This document shows positions 14,691-27,572 of a DNA stretch of 64,000 nucleotides, in pieces. A model generated the notes under the pieces. That model was not told the DNA's origin. It saw nothing but the letters and a program-made list of their open reading frames with translations, and did not search any database. The stretch is from the human T2T-CHM13v2.0 reference genome, Homo sapiens: assembly GCF_009914755.1 (NCBI RefSeq), contig NC_060931.1, one strand, 5' to 3'. The translations under genes and the position numbers were made by a program. The number at the start of each line of letters is the position of its first letter. The first letter of the stretch is position 1.

Positions 14691-14920
14691 CAGGTTAAAT
14701 ATCTTTTATCAGAAATACTTGAGACCAGAATTATTTCAGATATTTGATTTTTTTTTTAATTTTGGAACATATTTACATTGTATTTACTGGTTCAACATTT
14801 GTAATCCAAAAATCCGAAATCCAAAATGCTTCAATGAATGTTTACTTTGGACATCATGTCAGTGCTGTTTCAAATATTGGAGCGTTTGGGTTTCGGAATT
14901 TTGGATTACAAATGCTCTTA
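14691..14920 (+). mobile_element. Tigger4a/MER46A non-autonomous DNA transposon
   Basis: TA|CAGGTTAAATATCTTTTATCAGAAATACTTGAGACCAGAA...AATCCAAAAATCCGAAATCCAAAATGCT...TTTTGGATTACAAATGCTC. Confidence 0.8.
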
Positions 14921-14942
14921 CATCATGTTTACAGTATAAGAT

Positions 14943-15241
14943 GGCCAGGCGCAGTCACTCACGCCTGTAATCCCAGCACTTTGGGAGGCAGAGGCGGGTG
15001 GATCACCTGAGGTCGGGAGTTCAAGACCAGCCTAACCAACATGGAGAAACCCCATCTCTACTAAAAATAGAAAATTACCCTGGCATGGTGGTACATGCCT
15101 GTAATCCCAGCTACTTGGGAGGCTGAGGAAGAAGAATCACTTGAATCTGGGAGGTGGAAGTTGCGGTGAGCCGAGATTACACCATTGTACTCCAGCCTGG
15201 GCAATAAGAGAAACTCCATCTCAAAAAAAAAAAAAAAAAAA
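14943..15241 (+). mobile_element. AluSp-like
   Basis: GGTCGGGAGTTC...AACATGGAGAAACCC diagnostics; TSD AGTATAAGAT/AGTACAAGAT. Confidence 0.93.
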
Positions 15242-15734
15242 GTACAAGATAAGAGAACTAGTCTTCTGGTTAGTTTTTCAATGACTTTTAAAATCTGCTT
15301 GTGCTATTTACCATGAGGAGTACTCAAAATGCATTTATTACCAAATTGTTATATTCTGCACAAAAATGGATCAACCTAAATTGGATAAACCTAGTTTCTT
15401 TCATTCCCTTAGTCATAAGACATAATCAAAGATATTTTGGGATCATGGCTACATCAGGTCAGCCAAAGCTGTTAGGTAACTGGCAGTGTTCGCATATTAA
15501 TAGGCCTATGTGCTCAGTGATTGTACCTCTGAGGTTATGTTGTTCTTTGCACCTTTGTTGTAATTGACATAAAACATGTCTATGATATCACTTTGTTCCC
15601 TAAAGTCATATCACAACCACATCAACAGTGGGTGATTTATGCTGCTTAGAAACTCTTCCGGAAGGGAACAAATTGAAATATTTGCAACTAGTAAAAAAAG
15701 GATACAATACTATTTGCGTATGGGTTGGGTCAGA

Positions 15735-15930
15735 TAAATCTGACTTTGAGAAATGTATTTGGAATGAACATGTGACTTTAGAATCTGCTTGCACTCTCTA
15801 TGTCTGAGCTTTCTCATTTGTAAAATAAGGATAACAATACTACCTCATGGTATCACTATGATATATACATGAAATAACTTGTGTGAGGCATTTGTCGATT
15901 GGCTGTCAGGTGATGGCAGTTCAATAAATG
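15735..15930 (+). mobile_element. MIR fragment
   Basis: TTTCTCATTTGTAAAATAAGGATAACAATACTACCTCATGG core. Confidence 0.65.
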
Positions 15931-16189
15931 GAATTTATATGTGATCTTTCTCTTCTTAGTTTTTAAAATGCTTGAAATTCTCTGTGTGCCTCTCTGTCTG
16001 TCTCTGTCTCTTTCTCATTCTCTCTGTCTCCCTCTACATATATATGTATACATCATCTGTATAAGTATATATTATATAATCATGTAAATTTCATATAAAC
16101 TGATTACTGCCTATCACTTTTTACCTCATGTCATCCAACACTCCAAATCACTAATTTTCTCCGGCAATGATATTGACTTCCTGTTGCTT

Positions 16190-16560
16190 CACAGACCGAA
16201 TTTATTCTCCCCTTCAAGTCTGTGCTCTTACTGTTCCCTCTGAATCCAATCATCCCCAGATAATCCACAGCTACCTTCTTTTTCAACTATTCAGATATAA
16301 ATTCAAAGTTTGCCTCTTCAAAAACACCTCCCCTGACCATGCGAACTTACCTACTTTTTCCTCATTCCCCAACCACCCTAGATTTAGTCACTTTATTTCC
16401 TTCATGGAAGTTACCACTATCTGAAATTACCTCAATCTCATGTTCTTTCATTTTTTAAAATGTCTACCTAACCCACTAAAATGTGACGTCTCATTCACTA
16501 TGCCTATATCATGTGAAATAAAATCACTGATTGTGTAAAATACCTCAAATGAGTGAAGGA
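16190..16560 (+). mobile_element. L2 3' fragment
   Basis: Pyrimidine-rich L2-like phrases CCTCCCCTGACCA...TTACCACTATCTGAAATTA. Confidence 0.5.
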
Positions 16561-16869
16561 TTGGGACATCCTGAAATCTTGTAAAATTTCCTCACAGGCC
16601 TTCTAAAAGAGGGCATCTATTTGGACATTTGTGGAGGGTTAGCAATTTATGGGAAGAGATGAGACACATGTGTGCACTGAAAGTTCTGAGCCTCCATATG
16701 CTTTCTTTTCTTTTCAGTCTCAGTGTAGTCCCTATACTAGAATGTCTGATCTTGCTGCCTTGTATAGATCATATTCTCATTCTACATGAATAGTTTTGCA
16801 CATTTAGTTTATGCCACCTGAACTAGATGTTTTTTCCCCCTGTTAATCCTTATAAGGATAAAAACAATC

Positions 16870-17110
16870 ACTAGCCTTTATTGAGTGTTAACCACTTGCC
16901 AGCCACTATGCTAACAGCCTTAATGCCTCAGCACCTTTAATCCTTGAAACAACTTTATGAGGTAGGTATTTTATTTTTTCTGTTTTATTGATCAGGAAAT
17001 TGAGACAAGAGATATTTGATAACTAGTCCAAGGTTAGCCAGCATGCATGTAGCACAGCTAGTGTAAGCTTAGGCAGGACTGTCTCAAAGCCCTTTGTTCT
17101 TCCCCACTGT
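16870..17110 (-). mobile_element. MIR
   Basis: TTTATTGAGTG...GCCAGCCACTATGCTAA...TATGAGGTAGGTATT...GGAAATTGAGAC...CCAAGGT. Confidence 0.7.
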
Positions 17111-18449
17111 GCTCCCAACTTTCAAAGATCAACCCGAAGCCCACCTTCCCTTTGAAATTTAGTCCACACTAGTATGGTTTCTTTTTTTCATCTTCTTTCC
17201 TAGTGCCAAAAGGCTCTGTGTATCTCATAGCCTAAAAATAATCACCCACTTCCTGGGTTATTAATACAATTCTACCAGAGTTGAATCTTGATTCCCACAG
17301 CATTTTGTGGGCAAAATTACGAGTCTTGAAGAATCACCTCAAATTTGTGCAAATGTTAACAAGAAAAGTGACAAAGATATATAGACAGAAAAAAAACTTA
17401 CAGTGTTCGAACATAATGTACTTATTGACTCTCAGTCTTTCTAGTAAAAATTTATAATTCCACGAAGGCAATATAAGAGTAGGAAGAGCCTTCTTGTCAC
17501 TGGATCCTGATTTAGATGATTTTCCCATAGAGTCTCCATTGTTATTGTGACATAGCATTGTAACATTCAGCATTGCGCTCCCCTGTCAATCCTCTGCAGT
17601 GAACTAGAACATTAAAATGTTGTGTAAATTCTATCTTTCATTTTCTTCCCTCTCTATCACTTGGTTGACTGACCTTGAGATTTATTAAATCTGTTTTCAT
17701 GTGCTTTTCCCATACAGGACTCCTTGGGTTGGCCTCTTATTTGCTTTTGGATGCTTTTCTGGGACTCTTCCCCAGCTTCCACCCCTTTCTGCATGTGCCT
17801 TTTATTGCTAGATTCTCACTTGGAACACAACTCTGACATTTCCTCAAGCAGTGCTTAGGAACTTAGCTGGATCAGCAAGGTCAGTTCATGTGGGAATCAT
17901 GAACATATTTTAAGCAAATTTAGGCAGGTGTTAGTTGTCTTTGTATCGTCGTTATTCCTTTACATATCTGTCTCCTAAACTATACTGGAAACCCCTCAAG
18001 AATAGGAAAAAAAATCACTTATTTCCCTTTACTTTCTGTACCTGCTACATAATAGGTAAATGCATAATGGCATGAAAAAAACATAGCATAAACTAAAAAA
18101 TTATTTGTCTTTGTCAGTGCAGTAACAATTATTCCATTGGATTAATAGATTATATTGAAAAAGAAAGAAAACCACTACTTTTTCTAAACCTTCGGTGGAA
18201 TTGGATTCCTTGTTCAGGCAATCTTTTGAGTTTCCTTTGTTGGAAGTTTTAGAGCATGAGAAGGTCTATTTTCTGCCTTAAATAAATAAATATTTTATGG
18301 TTAGCCTACAGGTATTGCCAAAAGTTAAAGAATATTACCAAATATACCAATAAAATAATTTTGAAATACTCGTTTATGTCTATATAAAGAAAATAAAAAC
18401 AGGGTTTAGCTCAAGAATGATTCTCATATGTCTAAACACTACCCAACAT

Positions 18450-18830
18450 AAGCATTAAAGTATATTAAAGAGTATCGGTTTCTGCAGTCAGAAGTTGGTT
18501 TAAATCCTAGCTCCTTCCTTTACTAACTTTATAAATCTGCCTAAGTTATAGGACCTTCTTGTGTCTCTATTTCTGCATAAGAAATGGGTACTAGGCTTAA
18601 TACCTGGGTGATGAAATAATCTGTACAATAAACCCCGATGACATAAGTTTACCTGTGTAACAAACCAGCACATGTACCCCTGAACTGAAAATAAGTTAAA
18701 AAAAAAAAAAGAAATTGAGAGATAATACATCTATCTGAAAGGATGTTATAAAGATCAAATCAGATCTTTACATAAATAAATAAAGCATTTAGCACAATCC
18801 TTGGCAAATAATAAGCATTGGTATTGATAT
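18450..18830 (+). mobile_element. MIR split by an L1 3' fragment
   Basis: GGTTTAAATCCTAGCTCC...TTTCTGCATAA, resuming GAGAGATAATACATCTATCT...AAAGCATTTAGCACAATCCTTGGCA. Confidence 0.65.
18585..18710 (+). mobile_element. Severely 5'-truncated L1PA13-16-type 3' end
   Basis: GGGTACTAGGCTTAATACCTGGGTGATGAAATAATCTGTACAA...CATGTACCCCTGAACT plus poly-A; AAGAAAT on both sides. Confidence 0.85.
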
Positions 18831-20899
18831 TAATGGATATCATTCAAATTAATACTATGTTCCCTCAGATAATTTGACATAAACTTGCCTTTTATAATTC
18901 CAGGCACTAGAGGTTGACTTCTAACCCTGACACCTTTTATTTCTGTTCTTTTCCTTTCCAGTCCTGTTGTATATAAGAAGTATCCTATGTCCACTAGCTG
19001 ACTCTGTTATTAATAGTGAGGACCTGTTCAGCATGGTTTTCCTAAAAGGAAACTATCCAGCTTTCATTTGCATTTATATGACATGGTAGGTCTAATGCTT
19101 CTTTCAAATCAAAATGACTGTTTTTTTTCTGTGTAGGGTGTGTGTGTTTTGTTTGTTTCTTTGCTACTTTCAACTGGATTCTTTTCCTAAAAATCTTATG
19201 CAACAGTAGATCTGATTTTATCTTAAGTAACTTTGAGAGTAGTTTATGATTTTTGTGTTTGCTCCCTTTCCTTTCCCCCTCCGTGACCATCATCGTGTAC
19301 AAACCTGCCCTTTGAAGAAAACAGACACCTTTACGTAGCCATACTGTTGGCCCCTCCACCACCAAGATTTTTTGCTAATATTGTGCAGGTAGTCATCACA
19401 TGTCTGCAACTGTAATGTTATGGAAGTCATTTTAGAAACAATTGAAGAAATGTAAAAATGTAAATATCATTCTTGCTTTTATGGAGGTCACAATCTACTT
19501 GAGGTGACAAAATTGACACAGACGATTAATCTTACTGCATATCTGTAGTAATTCTGTGTGGTGGAGTAATTGTGTTCACTAATGCTCTTCTTTGTCATCT
19601 TTATGGGAGACAAGTCTCTGCACCCCCAGATGAGGACTGTGAGTATAAATTATTCTCTGATGTCACATGTGCATTAACTTTATATAAATTTATCCATGTA
19701 TTTATTTAGCAAGTATTTATTGAGCCTTTCTAGGGTTGTTTCAGGAAGACCTTTCTGTCACATCACTTTACGTTTCTTTGATAAGAAGGTTTTTCTGTAA
19801 CAGCTTTTTTCAATTTCTCACACATTCTGAAGAAAAGTGAAGCCTTCTATAGACTCTAACAAATGTTTACCACCCACCTTTGATGTTATCTTCTCTAGGA
19901 ACTTTTCCCTAATAGCCGCCTCTACCTTTTTTCAAAGTCTGGATTCGGTTTTTCCACCTGTAAATTCTCACAGCCCCTTACTTGCCTCATGGCACTCTAC
20001 AGTGAATGTTGCTGATTTATCTTTCTCCTCCACCAGACTTTTACTTTCTTAATGGCAATTTCTGTGTCTATTATCATTGTTTTCCCAGTACTTAGCACAG
20101 AGTCCAGAATGTAGTAGGAAACTTCCATAAATGCTTGATAAATTATACTTAGTGATACCTTTATCTTTCTGAAAGTAGATTCTGGGTCGGGCACTACGTT
20201 TTCTTCCAACTAACAGATAACAGTTAAAGCCAGCATTCGTCTCAGCTACATCTGAGGCAACCAGAGAAATTCCAAATGATGGAATGTGGCTGCATAAACT
20301 ATATTTATGTGTTTAAATTCTACATCTACTTTACCACTTTAAAGCTAATTCCTTGATTTTAGGTTGCATTTTATTTTCTCAGGTTATACTCCAGAATATA
20401 TATGCTCTTGTAGTTTTTGATAATTTGAAGTGACAGTGACACAAAAGTCTTGTATCTATGTGTTTGAAAGAAATGGTACATTTCTGTCTTTTCTAAACCA
20501 TAGTTGACCTTGCTAAAGCTTTTGGTCTCATTGATGATTCAAGATAAAAAGCCAACCTATTTTTTGTATGGTTGTGTCTGACAAACTGCTGTATAACCCT
20601 CATATTTAGTTAACAAATCAATCAATACTTTAAGTTTTTAGCCTTATATCAATTTTTATGATATTCCTTTTACATATATCTTAAGTGATAAAGAGAAAAA
20701 AATGAGCAGTTTTTGAATAATCCTAATGTGCTTTAAAGTTTGCAAATGCTGATCTCGAGGCAGGAAAAAAATCACTTCACACAGACATTTTTTAATTGTT
20801 TTTAAAACTTCATCCTCCCCTCTTTTTATTAATCTCAGAGATACTAAAGAGACAAACCTTTTAGGACAAAAAAAGAAAAAACAAAAAAAACCCAAAAAC

Positions 20900-21850
20900 A
20901 CCTCACGGTTTTTCTCTGAGTTTTGGCTGTGACTTTAGCCATTGCTTTGTTTTATTGTAATCAGATACATTGGCATGAAACTACTTGTAACAGATTCCAA
21001 AAGTATATGCTGGGCTTTTTATTGGCATATCAAACAGGGAAGCATTCAGGCCATACATTAGCAAGCAGCCAAGTAATTAATAATAACACACGTGAAAGAA
21101 AATGAATATTTTGGTTGAGAATCAGAATGAGAAGTAAGACAAAGGCCTGGGATTCGTGTCCTTGCCCTCAGCAGCAGCAAAAATAATGTTATGAATAGCA
21201 TTTAACTTGAATTTGCAGCAAACTGCTGCTTTTATCATAAACAATTGCCAGATGGTATACATTATCTTTCTTTTTTCTCCTTTCACAAAAGCAGCATTAA
21301 TTGCAGAGCAGCCCAGGGCTCCACTCAGCTCATCAGTGTGATAACACTTCATGACCCTGATTAGCCGTCAGTCTACTCAATTAAAAAGATCATTTAGACA
21401 TTCACCCAATCATTTGCCTATCGAGCCACCTGGGCCTCAACCAGGGGCTCCATTTTTAACATTCTCCTGCCCTCTCTCATCTTGCCTAGCTTTTTTACAT
21501 ATCTCCAAAAGACGTAATTGAATTAAATAAAGCGTCTCAGGGGCAGCTGCAACATCTGCTGTTTGTGGTATGTCAAGCCTTCAGCATTAAAAACAGTTAC
21601 ATATGCTCTAAATTAGCAGGTCGCAGAGATGAAACAGTCGATGATAGTGTTTTTGTGCCAGCGTGAGAAGCAGCTCACAGCTGTGTGCAATTTACAATTA
21701 AAGGCTTTATCAGAGCTCAATTGTACTAGTGAATCAAGTGGTGAGAGGTCAGTTAGTGAATTAGACCAATTAGAGCTTGTACAGTTAAATTATCTGTCTT
21801 ATTACCTACTGATAAACAGCCTTGTCATATCTTTGCTGGAATGATGAAGC
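20900..21850. promoter_or_regulatory. Candidate conserved non-coding element / developmental enhancer
   Basis: About 1 kb without a clear TE, higher complexity than its flanks, several retained CpGs, and clustered homeodomain (TAATTA, TAATTG, CAATTA), E-box (CAGATG, CAGCTG x2, CATCTG, CATATG, CACGTG) and SOX (AACAAT) motifs. Conservation itself is inferred, not measured. Confidence 0.6.
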
Positions 21851-23099
21851 TGAATGAGTTTTATGAAGTGATAATACAAGTTCACTGTAGTGGAACTTAG
21901 TGATATGTGAATTCAAAATCTATAGCAACAAAATGGTTTTATATAACCTTTTAAAATAGCTATATAACAGGGAACTTTGAATTGGTTAAAACACTTCAGA
22001 TTAAGTTCATCGTATCTACTTGTGAATGCATCTTCAAGTACAAGACTTTAAAAAAATACTTTGCAGCAGAATGACATGGATCTCCTAACTTTATTTTTAC
22101 TTAATATCAATTTTTAAGTTTAAGAATTAATTTCAGTTAGAAGAATAGAGCAAAACTATGTCTGGAAAATTTAAGGACCACGCATTTCAAAATAATCCAA
22201 GAAAAGCATATAGTTTCATGGATATAGTGTTTTACTTTTTTGGAAAATACAAAATCGTCAGTCATTCTCATAATCAAAAAAAATATGCACAGTTCAGAAG
22301 TTGCAAATCCTATATATAGAACAAGCCACACCCGTTTTCATCCTTCTATACATACATGGATGGGAATTGATGAAAAGACTGTGTTTAAACATTCGATAAT
22401 AAAGTCATTGGTGAATTATTTGTATTACAACTTTCCACTGAATGAATGCTCATTTTTCATTTAAACAGTCTCACGATTAGCAAATAACAAGAGGTATCCA
22501 TTAGTACAGGTCTCATTGACTAGGCTGATCACCGATACCAATCGGACTAAAAAAGCTACACTCAGAATCATTCCTCAATCACTCATCAGAAAGTAGTATG
22601 GAGAATACATCTTAAATAAAGCATATTTAGGTCTCCTAACATACTTTTTCTTAGAGCAAAAATCCAAATTTTTAGTATTAGAAAAAACTCACGACAGAGA
22701 TTTTAAATAATATTTGTTCATTGATTTACTCTTTATTTAACAATAACGTTTGAGTCCTTGGATTTATTTTATTAACCAAACTTTAGTTTTCTTAGACAGA
22801 AACAGTTATATTTCTCAAAAAACTGGGACTATCTTTTGCTTTCTAACAGGTTTCTGTTTGGAAACAAAATTTACTAAATCCAGTATTAAGGACTATAGTG
22901 AATCATACTCAATAATATACATGGGTCAAAAATGTACCTCTCTTTATATAAAAGTATTCCAAAGTTATTTAGTAACTAATATCCAATATTCTAGTATTAA
23001 AATATGTTTAGAAAAGCATAATCAATATTCTCCTTTGAGAAGACACAACATTATCACAATATCAGTTTATCTCAAGTAAATGTATAAATATAATACCGG

Positions 23100-24520
23100 T
23101 TAAGATCATCAAAAAATACATTCATGAAATGTATTAGAATAACTTTCAAATGTACCTAGAAGGGGGAAAAAGCTGCAAAAGCATCAAATAAATTTTGAAG
23201 AAGATAATTGAGAAGGAACATATCCTGGAAGCTATAAGAATGAAAATAGTATATATATGGCATAGGCACAGATAAAGCAAAAGACTACACTAAGAAGTAT
23301 ATAATTAGATGTAAATTAATTTAAATATTTTATAAAACAATGTGGTCTTCCAAATGGATGGGATAATATGATTTTTATATGGTATTAGAATTAAGGACAT
23401 TTTTAAAATTAGAATCATAGTCATACCATAGAATTAAGGGCATTTTTAAAGTTAAAATCATATTCATACCAAAAAATGTTTAAGTAGATGACGATTTAAA
23501 TATTCGTAAGGAAATAACTTACTAGAAAATATGTAGAGAACTTAAATATCTTGGATAGATTAGATGGTGCCTTTCAAGTGTGACAGTAAAGGCACTGTTA
23601 CACTTACTGTTGTAAGAAAATAGAAGCAGATTTGGCCACATAAAGTATACTCATGCTTTTACACTTAAAATTTTTTAAGTCACAAGGATAATGAAAAACT
23701 ACACTGCAAAACAATTTTCAATATTATTACATACACAGATGAATTTTAAATCATATATATTTACCATTGGAAAATAAGCTAATGGAAAGAAAAAATTAAT
23801 TTGAAAGTAAATACATATACAAACACATACAAATAAATATGTAAAACATCCTCAATATTCACAGAAATGCAAATTAAGACAAAGATTAGATGTTATATTT
23901 GACATACTAATTTGTCAGAGATTTTAAAAATAATAGTAATACTCGACAAAGGCAGAAAAACAGGAAATTACCTTCCTTCAATAAATGCAGAATCACTTCT
24001 GTAAAATAATTTAGTAAAGTTTAACAAACAAAAGGTTTTGATTTTTTGATAACTTATGGTTCAGCGTCCCACTTTTGGTCATTTTTCTTGAGTAAATTAT
24101 ATTAATCATGAGGCAAGAATACATCACATTGTCATAGAGTAGAACTTTGGAAATATCTTGGTCTCCCACAAATTAGAGATCAAGTTTAATAGGTAAGTGT
24201 GTAAGTATTTCTATAGCACAAAATTATATCCATACATTGTTATATTTTAAACAAATATGCTAAAATATGGAAAATATTATTGGTAGATATTATCTTTTAA
24301 AAGAAAATAGGGTAAGAAAAAAATGTTAAAATATTTAGACTATAAACAAAATATTCTGGTAGGATATATACCTATCAGACTTATGCTAGGTCTCATACCT
24401 ACATTTTAATAGTATTTGAATGGTGGCAGAATATATGGTTAAATTTTCCTCTCATATTATAATTTTCTAAATGTTTTAGGTAAGCACTTATTTCTTTTTT
24501 AATAAGAAAAATAGTTGTGC
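23100..24520 (+). mobile_element. Very old L1ME-like fragment
   Basis: Degenerate L1 phrases CAGAAATGCAAATTAAGACAA and TGGTAGGATATATACC; A-rich strand bias. Confidence 0.45.
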
Positions 24521-25349
24521 GAAAATGACTTAAGCAGTTTGGGTTTCCAAGAGGTAGTAAACCTAGTAATGAGAATTTAGGTCTTACATGATAGAAAACA
24601 AAAAGTTATATTTTAATAGAAACAATACATTTAATATAAATCTTTTAAATTGTTAATTGTCTTACAAAATGTTATATTACTTTCCACTGAAAATATTAAA
24701 CATTATTTATTATATCCATCTGAAATTTTGAGCAATATACAAATGATTGAAATTCCTTACTCTGTTTTGATTTTATTTTTATTTTAAATACTTATTTTTA
24801 AGTGAGATTCAGTTCTAGAACTGTTTTTGACTTGATGTGACTATGCTTGGCTTACCAGATGCCATTTTTCATATTTCCAATATGAAATTACTTATCATCA
24901 AAAAATTTTTATTAAAAGGGACATATAGTTTGCAGAAAGGAAATGTAAGACTTTAACATTAAACCAATGTTAATTATCAAACTAACTGGGACACATATAT
25001 TTAAATTTACAAGTAAATAACAAACAGTGACCATTTTAGTTAGCCCAGATGAAAAGTTTAATTGTTTTAGGGAAATCAGTAACTTGAGAATGAACAGAAA
25101 TACTATATATTTTCAAATACTTTGAGCTCTTCAAGAGACCACAAATGAATGCATTATCACTTTAATTGTGAGAAGATATGGCTTTAATTTGGTAAAATAC
25201 TTTATAAGTTGGGAAATGCTGGAATCTAAGCTGAAAGACTGTGGATGAACTTTCAAAGTAAATGCCATATTCGATAAGGCACTACAAGATGAATTTTTCA
25301 GTCATTAGTGCAGTTGAACAGTGACTGAGAGAAAAACAGTGAATTAAGA

Positions 25350-26010
25350 AGAGATCTATAGGTTTAAAATGGGGTATTAAAGTTCCTTACTATTGCTTTA
25401 CATATTTAGGTGCTGCAGTACAATAATTGTACATATACATGTGTGTATGTTTATTCCCAACATTTTACATATGTGTGTTTATATATAATTGCACATATAT
25501 ATGTGCAATTATATAAGATATATATAATTGCACATATATATACCATTATTACAACTTACAATGAATTGAACCTTTTATCATCATATAGTGATTGTCTTTG
25601 CCTCTTGTAACAGATTTTCAGTGCAAATCTGTTTTGTTTGCTTATAAATATAGCTACCTTCACTCTCTTTTGGTTACTATGTGCATGGAATAACTTTTTT
25701 CATCACTTTATTTTCAGCCTGTATACAACTTTAAGGCTAAAGTGGGCTGTTGTAGGCAGCATATTGTTGGATCTTGTGATTTTTTTTTTTTTAATCCACA
25801 TAACCACTGTGTGTCTTTTGATTGAATAATTCATTTACATATAAAGTAATTATTGATATGTAAAGATTTACTATTCTTATTTTTCTAATTGTTTACTGAC
25901 TGCTTTATAGTTCTGTTATTTCTTTCTTCCAATCTCTCTGTATTCCTTTGTGATTTATTTAATTCTTATAGTGATAGATTTTAATTCTTCTCTCCTTATC
26001 TGCTTTTTAC
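25350..26010 (-). mobile_element. L1M fragment containing an AT-rich palindromic insert
   Basis: GGGGTATTAAAGTTCCTTACTATT...CTCTTTTGGTTACTATGTGCATGGAATA...TGTAGGCAGCATAT. Confidence 0.7.
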
Positions 26011-26244
26011 AAGTGTAATGATCAAATCAGAGTAAGTGGGAAATATACACTAAATTATTGTTAAATATAGTCACTCTATGTTCTACTGAACACTAGATCT
26101 TATTCCATCTCTCTAACTTAATTTTGAAGTCAAAACCAGAGAAGCACAGTAAGAGAGAAAAACTGCCGGCTATCTATCTCAATAGTAACCATACATGAAT
26201 AATCTAAAATAAAATAATGACAAACGCAAAATGTCAGTTTAGAG

Positions 26245-26438
26245 CAGGGTTCCTCAAGCTACATGGCACTCAGGCCAAATGTCACCAGTGGAGCCTGTTT
26301 TTGAATGGCCTACAGGCTAAGAATGGTTATATTTTTTGAGAATTTTTTTTAAAAAAGAAGATGCCATGATACCAAATGATACCTACAAGGCCTAAAGTAT
26401 TTATGATCTAACTTTACAGAAAAAATTATCAATCCCTG
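26245..26438. mobile_element. MER58 (hAT-Charlie) MITE
   Basis: CAGGG...CCCTG termini, internal GCTAAGAATGGTT and TTTACAGAAAAA; 8-bp flanks GTTTAGAG/ATTTAAAT. Confidence 0.7.
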
Positions 26439-26489
26439 ATTTAAATAAAAATTATAAAAGTTATATTCTTGTACATAATTCAGTATTCT

Positions 26490-26740
26490 TGGAGTTCTTA
26501 TAAAAAGAGAAATATTTGATACAGAGACAGGAACACAGGTAGAACACCTTGCGAAAAGGAAATCAGAGATTGAGTGATGCTTTTGCAAGTCTAGAAACAC
26601 CAAACAAAGACTGCCAATAAACCACCAGAAACTAAGGGGGAAACACATGGAACAGGTTCTTCCTCACCTCCCTCAGAAAGAACCAATCCTACCATCTGAT
26701 CTCAGTCTTCTAACCTCTGGATCTAAGACAATTCTCCTCT
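26490..26740 (+). mobile_element. MLT1B/C LTR fragment
   Basis: AACCACCAGAAACTAAGGG...CATGGAACAGGTTCTTCCTCACCTCCCTCAGAAAGAACCAATCCT. Confidence 0.7.
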
Positions 26741-26945
26741 TAACAAACAAACAAACTTCACACCAAAGAAAAGACATGATCCTGATGGCTATACTGCTGA
26801 ATTTTTCCAAACATTTAAACTAAATTTTTAATTGATAACCTAATGTCAGTCCTTCTCAAACTCTTCCAAAAATTGAAGAAGTGTCTTAGGTCAATTGGTG
26901 TTACTGTAAAAGAACACTTATAGCTGGGTAGTAAAGAAAAGATGA

Positions 26946-27278
<333 letters not shown>

Positions 27279-27462
27279 TTATTTGACTCACAGTTCTGCA
27301 GCCTGTATAAGAAGCATGGTGCTGGCATCTGCTTCTGGCAAAAGTCTCACACTACTTCTATTCATGGAGGAAGGCAAAGGAAAGCATTTATGTACAGAGA
27401 TTACAAAGTAAGAGAGAAACCAAGATAAAGGTGGGGAGGTGTGAGACTCCTTTTAAAAATTT

Positions 27463-27572
27463 ACATGTATACATATGTAACTAACCTGCACAATGTGCAC
27501 ATGTACCCTAAAACTTAAAGTATAATAATAAAAAAAAAAGTAAAAAATAATAATAATAAAAAAATAAAAAAT
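27463..27572 (+). mobile_element. Tiny young L1 3' end (L1PA2/L1HS pre-Ta-like)
   Basis: ACATGTATACATATGTAACTAACCTGCACAATGTGCACATGTACCCTAAAACTTAAAGTATAATAAT plus A-tail; TSD AAATTTAC at 27457-27464 and 27573-27580. Confidence 0.85.

Noticed and set aside
18930-18965. Strong-looking splice acceptor (also near 16717 and 36664)
   Set aside because: Polypyrimidine-AG tracts are common by chance; no paired donor with a coherent reading frame. A lncRNA exon cannot be excluded without RNA data.
23578-23605. Short hairpin GTGTGACAGT...ACTGTTACAC as a terminator or miRNA
   Set aside because: The stem is too short and imperfect, lies within an old L1, and is consistent with chance.
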